Shown here in pieces: positions 44,393 to 56,807 of a stretch of 64,000 nucleotides of DNA. The position numbers and the translations under genes were made by a program. Under the pieces are notes generated by a model. The model saw nothing but the letters and a program-made list of their open reading frames with translations, had not been told where the DNA came from and did no database searches. The stretch is from contig NIVC01000931.1 of assembly GCA_002269645.1 (NCBI GenBank), forward strand, positions 62,001 to 126,000, read 5' to 3'. The DNA is from Macrostomum lignano (Eukaryota). The number at the start of each line of letters is the position of its first letter. The stretch's first letter is position 1.

Positions 44393-47300
44393 TCACAGTC
44401 GGGTGTCCGCAGCCACTGCCATGGAAGTCTCGCCGTACCCATTTCCGCTGTCGTCGCTGCCACCAATCGACGGCTCTCTCTTTGGCGACTTCGACGGCTG
44501 CGGCAGTTGCAGCGATACCATCGGTCGCGGCGGCGGCAGCGCCGGAGAGCTCTTCACTGGCGGCGACTTGCGGTTGACGGCCAGATGGAAGGCGAGCCGC
44601 AGCTGTTCGATGCACAAATCCGCGAAGCTTCGCTGCGGAGCGGCGGGAAGTCTCGGGATGAGTTGGCGCAACCTTCAGCCTTCAAACTCCAAGTTTCTTC
44701 GCGTAAACTCCAAGCAAACAGAATTTTCTTATGACTCCACTGTACACTTAATCACACCAATCCAGGTGATGATGGAATCCAGGTGATGATGGAATCCAGG
44801 TGATGATGGAATCCAGGTGATGATGGAATCCAGGTGATGATGGAATCCAGGTGATGATGGAATCCAGGTGATGATGGAATCCAGGTGATGATGGAATCCA
44901 GGTGATGATGGAATCCAGGTGATGATGGAATCCAGGTGATGATGGAATCCAGGTGATGATGGAATCCAGGTGATGATGGAATCCAGGTGATGATGGAATC
45001 CAGGTGATGATGGAATCCAGGTGATGATGGAATCCAGGTGATGATGGAATCCAGGTGATGATGGAATCCAGGTGATGATGGAATCCAGGTGATGATGGAA
45101 TTCAGGTGATGATGGAATCCAGGTGATGATGGAATCCAGAGGATGACAACTGAATCTATTTCTAATGAATGACACCTGCCGATTGAGTAATAAAGTCATC
45201 AGCTCACTTGAGTTCTCATCGCCAAGGTAGCGCTGCGCCACATCAGCTCGATGAAGCACAGCAGCACCGCGACTCCCAGTCCGACCAGCATTGAGACAAA
45301 AACTCCGCCGAATGAGGCGACGTCCAGGGTGCCGTCTGGGGTGGATCCTGTGTGCACCTCGCTGCACGGCGGCCCGGTCAGGTTGAACCGCTTGATCCAG
45401 GCATCAGACAGGTCCTCGATGAACTGCTCCTTGTGCAGCTTCAGAATCACCTCGCTCAGCTCGTCTCGAAGTAGTACGTCTTGGAAGTGCAACGTGCGAC
45501 AAAAGTGAGTCCTGATAGAGTGAAGAATGTCTGAAGCCCAATTCTGAATCACTTACTCTGGGATCGGGATCTGGGATCGGGATCTGGGATCGGGATCTGG
45601 GATCGGGATCTGGGATCGGGATCTGGGATCGGGATCTGGGATCGGGATCTGGGATCGGGATCTGGGATCGGGATCTGGGATCGGGATCTGGGATCGGGAT
45701 CTGGGATCGGGATCTGGGATCGGGATCTGGGATCGGGATCTGGGATCGGGATCTGGGATCGGGATCTGGGATCGGGATCTGGGATCGGGATCTGGGATCG
45801 GGATCTGGGATCGGGATCTGGGATCGGGATCTGGGATCGGGATCTGGGATCGGGATCTGGGATCGGGATCTGGGATCGGGATCTGGGATCGGGATCTGGG
45901 ATCGGGATCTGGGATCGGGATCTGGGATCGGGATCTGGGATCGGGATCTGGGATCGGGATCTGGGATCGGGATCTGGGATCTGGGATCGGGATCTGGGAT
46001 CGGGATCTGGGATCGGGATCTGGGATCGGGATCTGGGATCGGGATCTGGGATCGGGATCTGGGATCGGGATCTGGGATCGGGATCTGGGATCGGGATCTG
46101 GGATCGGGATCTGGGATCGGGATCTGGGATCGGGATCTGGGATCGGGATCTGGGATCGGGATCTGGGATCGGGATCTGGGATCGGGATCTGGGATCGGGA
46201 TCTGGGATCGGGATCTGGGATCGGGATCTGGGATCGGGATCTGGGATCGGGATCTGGGATCGGGATCTGGGATCGGGATCTGGGATCGGGATCTGGGATC
46301 GGGATCTGGGATCGGGATCTGGGATCGGGATCTGGGATCGGGATCTGGGATCGGGATCTGGGATCGGGATCTGGGATCGGGATCTGGGATCGGGATCTGG
46401 GATCGGGATCTGGGATCGGGATCTGGGATCGGGATCTGGGATCGGGATCACTCACTGCCCTGCGGTACTGCGAACGCGTAGCTGCTGGGATTGAAGATGC
46501 CTCCAATCTGCGTGAGCTCGCAGTCTCTCTCTCGATAGTACTGGTTAAACGTGGACTCAAGGATGTAGGCGTAGCCTCCCTCCCGAACGCGGCTGATTCC
46601 TTCCGATGTTTTCCCGACAAACGACTCGTTTTTAGCGCTCCAGGAAACCATGGAGTCCCACATCCGCCGGTAGACGGTAATCTTCGAGTTCTGAAATTCG
46701 TAGGAACAAAACGAATTTTACACGTAGAAATATTCGTCGTTGTTTACAAATCATACATTGATGAAGGTGCACACTGCTCACACCTGTCAGTCCAATTTAC
46801 CTTGAAGAAGTTGTACATGGCCCCGCCAACGGGACAGCCGAACTTCACTTTGCTCTGGCTGGCCAGCGCTTCCACGCTGTCGATGTTGCCAAGCCGGCTG
46901 GTGGTGAGAAAAGCGGCCAGGTTGGCCGTGTAGGAGCTGATGAGCAGCAGGGTGAAGAACCACCAGGTTGTCGCAACCATCCTCGTCGATGAGGCTCTTG
47001 GGGCCAAATCGGATCCTGAGGTTTTGGGATGTTACCGGGATATTAAATCTTAAGTACTTAATTACTTAATTGTACGTAGGCTATCGTGGCTACCTAACCC
47101 ACCCAGTCCATCCTGCGTCCATCCCGACACTGCCTAACACGTCTCACCACCCCTGTTCTTCTATTGACTCATCGACATTCTAAATTTGGTTAAAAATACT
47201 CAACATCGAAAGCCGTTGCCTTACTGAAAGGAAATATGAGAACTTGGCTTGAATAAAATAAAAAATCGACCCCAATCAACAACCGCAACTGACCCACCGA

Positions 47301-50300
47301 ATACCGCGTCTCCACAGTCAAATGAAATCGGGTTTTTTGGAGAGCTTCACGGACTCCGAATTGAAGGTCGTGGGTTCGATTCTCGATCCACTCAGAACAA
47401 TAAGTGTCCTTGAGCAAGACACATACCTCAGCATTGCTTCAGTTCACCCAGCTGTAAAATGGGTGCCAGAACTAGCTGGGGTAATTGAGGGTGTGTGTGG
47501 CGACCCCCCCCCAGTCCTTGGACTGAACAGCCGTACGCAGCTTTCAGATGCGCCGCTCAATAGCTGCGGCTGAGCTGTCGGTTGCACATCTGGTCCAATT
47601 GGGACAGGTGTAATCGATTATTATTAACATTCACGGACTCCCACTCCAGAGAACACGACGTGGACCCCGGATACCCAACAGCCAACAACCACTGTGTCAG
47701 GCAGACCAAGGGCGGCTCATATAGGATTCTGGCACTCACCCTGCTGCATCAGGGAGCCAATGGTGAACCACATGCTGTTCAGTGCACCAAACTGGTTTTC
47801 CACAACTGGCACGCAGTCATTGTGCGAGTACCACTCGTAGGGACTCAGCCTGGCGCACACTAGCATGAGCAGGCTGGTGAGCAGCCAGGCCAGCAGCATG
47901 CAGGTCCACACGCGACCGCTGAAGGGCAGCATGAACTGGAGCGGGTCGGTCTGCTGCTCCGGCTTCTTCATGATCACGCTCAGGCCCAGGCTTGTGTACG
48001 GAGTGGTGAAGTCCACGACCTATTGATGGATTAGAGCCTCATTGCTTTAACGTGACTCAAATTTTGAGAATGAGTGTAAGTAGCATGCTGTGCAGCTCTC
48101 ACGCGCTCCCTGTCGTAGGTGATGACTAGAGAGGCCACGGCCACATCGGCTGTGCCGGCCATCAATTCGCCGACTGTTCCTGACCAAACCTGCTCATCTG
48201 AGTCGTTCTCAACCAGGCCGCCGAATTGCCCGTCTGAGCTGACTCGAATTGTGTAGCTGAAGCGGAATTTGTACCGATGGTCCAGTTACCAGATGATGGT
48301 TTGAATACGCCTGACTCACTGCAAGATGGTCAGGTGTTCAGAAACCGGCACAGAAGTTTTGAGACCCGACCCAGCTCACATCTGCTACTCCATCACAGCG
48401 GGGTGACTCCCTCATAGTGGCTGCTTCAAGGGGTGACGCTCTAAACCATAAACACTGAGACACTAAAGGCACTAATACGCGCCCAGACTCACGTCAAATT
48501 GAGCACAGAAGCCACCCGCTTGAACAGCTCGATAGAGAAGCCGGTCCACCTGTCGTTGCCATACAATCGATTTCCGTTGTCGTCGAAATCGCGCTCGAAG
48601 CTGAACGGCGGATCGATGACGGTGACCACCGTGAGGTTCAGCTCGTTCATGAACTCGCGAAAGTGCCGCTGATGCCGGTTGCTGGCTCCTGGGGCCATGA
48701 CGAATCCCTTTTGCGCCGTCCAGGTGGCAAACTGAAGCGCGGTGAATGCATTCCAGCCTTCAGTCTTATTTAATGAGTCTAATCGGCAGTGACAGTGATG
48801 AACTATCAAGCTAATGCTTCTCGCACATTTAAGCTTAGCGGTAAGTTCCACTAAATCAAGCAGTGCGGGCATACAAAAATAAAAATGTTGGTATTGATTT
48901 TCAGTTAAAATGCATTCAAGGTTCAGCATTTAGGGCGGTTTTTTTATTAGAAGCAGGGGGGTTGTGTGCACCCTGGCGCATTTTAAGCGACATTGGCACA
49001 CAACCAGCGAGAGGCATTACTGCCCATTCCGCCGACTCCCCTGAGCAGGCACACAAGCGCGCGGATACATACGCAGGCACACACTCACACAGGAGTGTAC
49101 AGCGGCCCTAACTTTATATTATAGTTAGGCATGTACACTTCACTGCGCCTTGGGGGGGTGGCTCTCAAGGCCGTTAATTTCACGAGCAGAGCCAAGCCGA
49201 GATTCCAATTTAGTCCCAAATTAATGTGACTGCACTGGGAATCGAGCCTGGGCCGCTGGCACATCAGACCACTGGGCTACGGCCTCCCCCTTCGACACGA
49301 TGCAAGATGTCTTTGTTCAGAAGCAAGAATTGTCTGTTATTCTTGGTTCTTTTAGTCCCCCAACCAATGACTTGTGCGCGCATTTATCATCGCTGAGTAA
49401 AAAAGCATTCAATAGCTACGGCTCGTACTTTAAGTAGTTTAAAACAGACGATCCAAGCAAACAAGCTGTAAATATATTATCTTTCTCTACTGAGCAGCTT
49501 ATTCACCATGCAAAAATGCGAAATTAATTTACTGTGTGGATAATTGAAATGTTATTTAGCGGTTGCTGAAAAATAAAGTCATGCAATCTAAGCTAAATCA
49601 AAGTGACTGCTGCGCCAAAGCAGATTAGCGATAGGCAAGATTACATCGTTCATCTCCTTCAGGTTCTCTTTGGTCTGAAAGTTTTTGCAACAAAATATTG
49701 ACGAGTATAGCAGTTAACCGTGGGTCGTGAAATTGGTGAGCCCTGCTGAACTGCTAGCTTACCTCGGGATCCCGCTCCGTGTACATGTGGTACACGCTGA
49801 ATGAGAAGTTGTACAACCGTTTTCCATCGATCATTACCGTGCCCACTTGCTGTTCGATTTGCTTCTGCAGGTTTTCAGATTGGAACAGGCAGCTGTTCGT
49901 TTGGTGTGCATCTTGGATTGGTGATTTTGTGACATTCGCTGTATCCACTGTTTATTCGCATCTCTAATCAGAATTCTACTTCAAAAGAGTTCAAACTTCT
50001 GCGGGTGACGTGAAGAGGCAACCTTTTTTTACCCTCGAACGATTAGGTCAACCCTCTATGACCCTTGATAGGAGGTAAAGTCAACCCTCTATGACCCTTG
50101 ATGGGGTAAGGTCAACCCTCTATGACCGTTGATAGGGGGTAAGGTCAACCCTCTATAAGGTCAACACTGCAAAACAGACACGCTGCAACTCGCCTCCAGC
50201 AGTTGACGAAACTCCCCAGCGGCTGGGTGAACGCGGCCTCCTAGCGAGCCGCACCGCTCCCACGCGCCCGCCCGGTTCTTGAAGCCAGCTCGAAGCGCTC

Positions 50301-52886
50301 CGCCCGCCGATGCCCACCTGCTGAGCCAATAGGAGTGCGCCGCATTCATCAGCAACTCCAGCGCTGAAGTCTTGTTGCGCCTCTGTCGGTAGGAATGTTC
50401 CAGGCCGAAATAAAAAGACGCGATGCTCTTTCTCTCTACTGACAAAGAGGTAGCATAACTTGAATGCGAATGCAATTAATTATGAAAAATATGAAATAAT
50501 CGTTCAAAACGAAACGCTAGCTTGCTCCAATTGACTCAAAGTATTACCGCATTAACCTGATGATTCGTTGTGCGGACGCTCAGGTGGTAAAGCAGTCGAT
50601 TAAATAATCATGAATGCATTTTCATATCATGTACTTTTTAAAATACTTTTTATACTCGTACACACAAATTATAAATACACCTAAGTTGAAGCTTCTGTTG
50701 CACAAAGCCAGTGCAGGTTTCTTTAAAAACAGCCAAATAGAATGCTTTTTTTGAAGGCAAGCATCGATAAATACCACGTTACACGTAACAAAATTTTGCA
50801 ATATTCACTAGAATAACTTCTAGTGGTCCTTGACTCAAAGGTGTAAACTTAACTAAGATTAGATGGAATTGAGGCAGTGTCCGTCTCATTAGCTCACCTG
50901 ACGAGGCTCGTCTCCAACAAATTCGACTCCATCAAACAGGTGCGAGGTGAAGTTCATGCCGGCCCAGACTCTGCTAGCCATCTGCTCCTTGAAGAAGGTG
51001 CTGTTAATCTGCAGGAGGAAATGCGTTGAAAAAGGGCTACAGAAAAGCATTAAAGCTCGTTGAGAACAGATTTGACGGACAGACAGTAAGCGAGAATTCG
51101 CGCAAACTATGAGAGTTGCTTTCGATATTGAGATGCTCGAGGCGTCAATCATCACTGTACCCTCACCTCCCGGATCAGAAGGAAGCTTCTAGCCAGCCCC
51201 TTCAAATTTGCTTCGCTAGCCTGAAATTGTCGCAAGATTGCATCGCGTTCTTTAACTCAATAGTGGATAAAACTAAAAACACTACTAATCTAATAGGAGA
51301 AAGTACCAGCTTTAGAAACTTGAGAATCTGGCTGTGCGGCATGTCCAGAATGAAATTGTTGATTGTGGACAGTTTCAGTTGACGCAGCACGCTCTGTGTG
51401 CCGTGAGCATCGTCCAGGTCGAGGTGCCGAAACAGTACGGGGCCCATAGGATAGTTGAACACGCTGTGGATGCTTTCCAGGTCTGGAGTTGGAAGGCGAG
51501 AGAGAAACTTAAACTCTGCACTGCTGACACAGAAAGTGCACAATGTCTCACTGTGAAAGTCGCAGTAGAGAACTACAAAATTGGTCCACATGGCCCAGGT
51601 GATGTACTCGTAAACCGATTGGCTGCGCAGCTCTGGTGCCGGGAAGAAGCGGATGGCGTTGTGCAGCCAGTCGTCGGGGACTCGTTCGCCCTCCAGTGCG
51701 TCCAGAAAGACGCAGGTGACGTTGAAGGCGAGGCAGAAGCTGTTCAGGGCCGGGTGAAATCCGGAGCTCGACGCAGCCAGCAGGTGAGCGTCGGGTGGCA
51801 GCGACGACACAGCTCTGCAGACTGGGAGAGTCAGGCACACTGCTCAGCATCAAACAGCTCTGCAGACTGGGAGAGTCAGGCACACTGCTCAGCATCAAAC
51901 AGCTCTGCAGACTGGGAGAGTCAGGCACACTGCTCAGCATCAAACAGCTCTGCAGACTGGGAGAGTCAGGCACACTGCTCAGCATCAAACAGCTCTGCAG
52001 ACTGGGAGAGTCAGGCACACTGCTCAGCATCAAACAGCTCTGCAGACTGGGAGAGTCAGGCACACTGCTCAGCATCAAACAGCCCTGCAGACTGGTAGAG
52101 TCAGGCACACTGCTCAGCATCAAACAGCCCTGCAGACTGGGAGAGTCAGGCACACTGCTCAGCATCAAACAGCTCTGCAGACTGGGAGAGTCAGGCACAC
52201 TGCTCAGCATCAAACAGCTCTGCAGACTGGGAGAATCAGGCACACTGCTCAGCATCAAACAGCTCTGCAGACTGGGACAGCACGAGTAGCTGCTAACACA
52301 GAAAAGTACATTCAGCGTGTCCGAGTCAGCTGAATCACTCACTGGCCTCTCTGGCTTTCTCTTCATCAGCCGGCAGAGTCTCCATAGTGTCGGCTGGTGG
52401 GCCCACCGGGCCCGCCGGACCCCCTGCGGGAAGGGGCGGAAGCGACGCTCTGGCGTGGGATGCGGATGGGTGAAATAAAAAGATCTGCCCCCCCCCCCCA
52501 ATTTCCCTAAAAGCAGAAGCGACGCTGGGGCTGCAGTTTCTGCTTGAATTTATGAATTTCTAATTGCAGTGCAGCAGCCGGCTGGTGCATTGAGAATCTC
52601 AATAATTTATTGCCTTGTTTATGCTTTGAAAAGATTTTCGATGGACAGCTAAACCTGTTGCTTCCATTTCTGATTAGCCTTTCACTTGCTAGCGGCTCTC
52701 CATCCTTTCCAGCTTTGACTTTCTGCGACAAACAAAAACCAGAGCAAAAACTTTGGCAGCCGAGCGCTCACACGCGTGCGGCCTCCATGCAACTCTGCCG
52801 GTGGCATCCGACACTTCGCTTCCAGCGACTCCCGGTAGCAGCAACGGTGACAGCAGAAGCAGAAATTTAAGTGCGCGCAGAAACAT
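44393..52886 (-). CDS. Ionotropic glutamate receptor-family subunit, paralog B (apparently full length, 15 exons, about 910 aa)
   Basis: Predicted exons (minus strand): 52886-52772 (signal peptide [22 protein letters not shown], tentative), 52423-52343 (tentative), 51821-51552, 51482-51307, 51220-51167, 51008-50898, 50382-50194 (GC donor), 49864-49763, 48731-48493, 48256-48103, 48019-47740, 47015-46801, 46690-46456, 45479-45208, 44632-44393. Sum is 2733 nt = 911 codons. Same S1, pore, [10 protein letters not shown]2 and M4 motifs as paralog A. Confidence 0.92.
44758..45138. repeat. 17-bp repeat CAGGTGATGATGGAATC in the last intron of iGluR B
   Basis: Directly visible, about 22 units. Confidence 0.96.
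45559..46449. repeat. Same 13-bp repeat, about 68 copies, just after the S2-exon donor of iGluR B
   Basis: (TGGGATCGGGATC)n on the plus strand, 891 bp. Confidence 0.97.
47335..47520 (+). mobile_element. Second SINE type with tRNA-like head and CORE-like central domain
   Basis: B-box GGTTCGATTC (47373-47382), then GTGTCCTTGAGCAAGACAC...CAGTTCACCCAGCTGTAAAATGGG (47404-47463), resembling the CORE-SINE domain from memory. Boundaries approximate. Confidence 0.5.
48939..49290 (-). mobile_element. Same SINE family, near full length (copy 3), in an intron of iGluR paralog B
   Basis: Reverse complement reads GGCCGTAGCCCAGTGGTCT...GGCTCGATTCCC...GGGTGCACACAACCCC...CTAATAAAAAAA. No target-site duplication recognised. 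Confidence 0.78.
50045..50160. repeat. Short ~30-bp repeat GGTCAACCCTCTATGACCCTTGATAGG (about 4 copies)
   Basis: Directly visible. Confidence 0.85.
51809..52277 (-). repeat. Same 45-bp minisatellite at the homologous position of iGluR B
   Basis: Copies of CAG|TCTGCAG at exact 45-bp spacing from 52271 to 51821 (11 junction copies). Confidence 0.97.
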
Positions 52887-53051
52887 GAGTGTTGGAGTTG
52901 GGCGCAGGTCACAGCGGATGGCCCCGCACTTGTGCATACCGAATCTCTAGGGAATATGGAGAAAGTCACTTTCTGCGATAATTTCTGGTTTACAACTCAG
53001 CCGATTTCTGCTTCATCAGCTCTGTAGAGACAGAGAGACAAACATACACCA

Positions 53052-54058
<1,007 letters not shown>

Positions 54059-54884
54059 AGGCAAACAGTCAAGGAGACAATGGCAATCGAGAAGCAAACC
54101 AAGCGGGAGCCATTTACCAATTCCCTGCTCGATTGTGCGTTCGTCACCAGCTGATGCACTCGTATCTGCAAACTGGGCTTCAAGCTGCAGCAGCTCCAGC
54201 CAGCTTCCGCCGGTTATGCAGAAGCACTTTTTTATTTTTCTACTTTCCCATTTCAAGAGTCTCGCGCAGTCATTGGCTGTCAGTTCTGCCACCCGTTTCT
54301 CTCTCTGCCTTTCCAGACTATTTTTCTGTCACTCTCAAACTCGCTTCGCGATCACTATTGAGGCTGAGGCTCACATGTCTGCTCCGGGAGTGCCCGGCGA
54401 GGCAGCTGCGATGGATGAAGCTGCATGGGCTGCTTTAGTGCGATGGCGGGTGGATCCGACCGTGATGCAGTCAGCCGTGAGGCTGGTTTTCCCAGTCGGA
54501 TAGGGAGCCCAGCGACTTGTCAGACTATTAAATGGTGCATTTTTCGTCAAACGCAGCTGAGTTCACTTTGGGAGATTGTATTTTGCTGAGCAGTGAAGGG
54601 ACCTTCTGACCCTCTTACTCACACATCCCGCTGGTTGGCAGTTTTATCTCCAACGCTCATTAATAGAGAGCCGGCTGCACAGCCCCGAGGGGAGGCAGTT
54701 CTTTATGGACTTTTCTCTATTTGAACCTACTCAGTTTGCATTCCGTATATGACCCACTATAACCTCAATAATATTGATGGTTCCAGGCCCTATGAGCACT
54801 TACACGCGCAGATATAATGAATACAATGAGAGGAAACATTCCGTTGCCTGGTAAATTGGTAGATCGACTGAGGTAGCAACTACG

Positions 54885-56205
54885 TCTCTGAAGTGTCGCT
54901 TGATGAGTGAAGTTGTTTGGTCTCTGAAGTGTCGCTTGATGTGTGAAGTTGTTTGGTCTCTGAAGTGTCGCTTGATGAGTGAAGTTGTTTGGTCTCTGAA
55001 ATTTCGCTTGATGAGTGAAGTTGTTTGGTCTCTGAAGTGTCGCTTGATGTGTGAATTTATTTGGTCTCTGAAATTTCGCTTGATGAGTGAAGTTGTTTGG
55101 TCTCTGAAATTTCGCTTGATGAGTGAAGTTGTTTGGTCTCTGAAGTGTCGCTTGATGAGTGAAGTTGTTTGGTCTCTGAAGTGTCGCTTGATGAGTGAAG
55201 TTGTTTGGTCTCTGAAGTGTCGCTTGATGAGTGAAGTTGTTTGGTCTCTGAAGTGTCGCTTGATGAGTGAAGTTGTTTGGTTTCTGAAGTGTCGCTTGAT
55301 GTGTGAAGTTGTTTGGTCTCTGTAGTGTCGCTTGATGAGTGAAGTTATTTGGTCTCTGTAGTGTCGCTTGATGAGTGAAGTTGTTTGATTTCTGAAGTGT
55401 CGTTTGATGAGTGAAGTTGTTTGGTCTCTGTAGTGTCGCTTGATGAGTGAAGTTATTTGGTCTCTGTAGTGTCGCTTGAGGAGTGAAGTTGTTTGATTTC
55501 TGTAGTGTCGCTTGATGAGTGAAGTTGTTTGGTCTCTGTAGTGTCGCTTGATGAGTGAAGTTATTTGGTCTCTGTAGTGTCGCTTGATGTGTGAAGTTGT
55601 TTGGTCTCTGTAGTGTCGCTTGATGAGTGAAGTTATTTGGTCTCTGTAGTGTCGCTTGAGGAGTGAAGTTGTTTGATTTCTGAAGTGTCGCTTGATGAGT
55701 GAAGTTGTTTGGTCTCTGTAGTGTCGCTTGATGAGTGAAGTTATTTGGTCTCTGTAGTGTCGCTTGATGAGTGAAGTTGTTTGGTCTCTGTAGTGTCGCT
55801 TGATGAGTGAAGTTATTTGGTCTCTGTAGTGTCGCTTGATGAGTGAAGTTATTTGGTCTCTGTAGTGTCGCTTGATGAGTGAAGTTGTTTGGTCTCTGTA
55901 GTGTCGCTTGATGAGTGAAGTTGTTTGGTCTCTGTAGTGTCGCTTGATGAGTGAAGTTATTTGGTCTCTGTAGTGTCGCTTGATGAGTGAAGTTATTTGG
56001 TCTCTGTAGTGTCGCTTGATGAGTGAAGTTGTTTGGTCTCTGTAGTGTCGCTTGATGAGTGAAGTTGTTTGGTCTCTGTAGTGTCGCTTGATGAGTGAAG
56101 TTATTTGGTCTCTGTAGTGTCGCTTGATGAGTGAAGTTGTTTGGTCTCTGTAGTGTCGCTTGATGAGTGAAGTTATTTGGTCTCTGAAGTGTCGCTTGAT
56201 GAGGT
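54885..56205. repeat. 36-bp minisatellite GTGTCGCTTGATGAGTGAAGTTGTTTGGTCTCTG(A/T)A
   Basis: Period 36, about 36 copies; explains ORF 54800-56347. Confidence 0.96.
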
Positions 56206-56807
56206 CAACGAGTGAATCTCTGAAGTTTTGCTTGATGAGGGTGGAAACCGATTTAATGTTAAACGGGTTTTTAGTCGGATTCGGGATGTACGCTCGTAAG
56301 AGTGAAAGCTTGAATGAAAAATGAAGCAATAAATCATGACATAGCACAGTACTGCGGCATATAGTTTTGGGATAATGAAATAAAATCTAATTACTTCTAT
56401 CTATTTATCCAACTCGCATGTTTTTGCATAAGGCGCAGAGACAATAGGTAAAAATTATTAGGTTATAAATCAAAATGAACTTTTCTCGTTCACTCCTTCA
56501 GAAATTGGGGTTATTTGAGGTAATGGTTGAAATCTACAGTGCGTTATTATTAAGGCGTCCAACCCTCCGTCCGAGTGCCCTGGTTCGATTTCGTTATATT
56601 ATTCCCGGTTGACGCTCGAAATCTTGAGGCTGGTGTGATCTACCCTAAACTGCCACCATCAATGTGTCAGACATTGTGACATGCATTAATTACAAGAATA
56701 GAGAACTGCATGTATAAAAAATTCAGAACTGTAGTGCTTTAAGTTTGATGTAATCGATGCTAAAAAGGGTGCTTCATCACGATCGCTATGCGGGACTGCG
56801 GACAAGT

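Noticed and set aside
54800-56347. 515-aa ORF of SLIKRHYRDQTT repeats
   Set aside because: A 36-bp minisatellite with no domain or splice evidence; coding is not strictly excluded.
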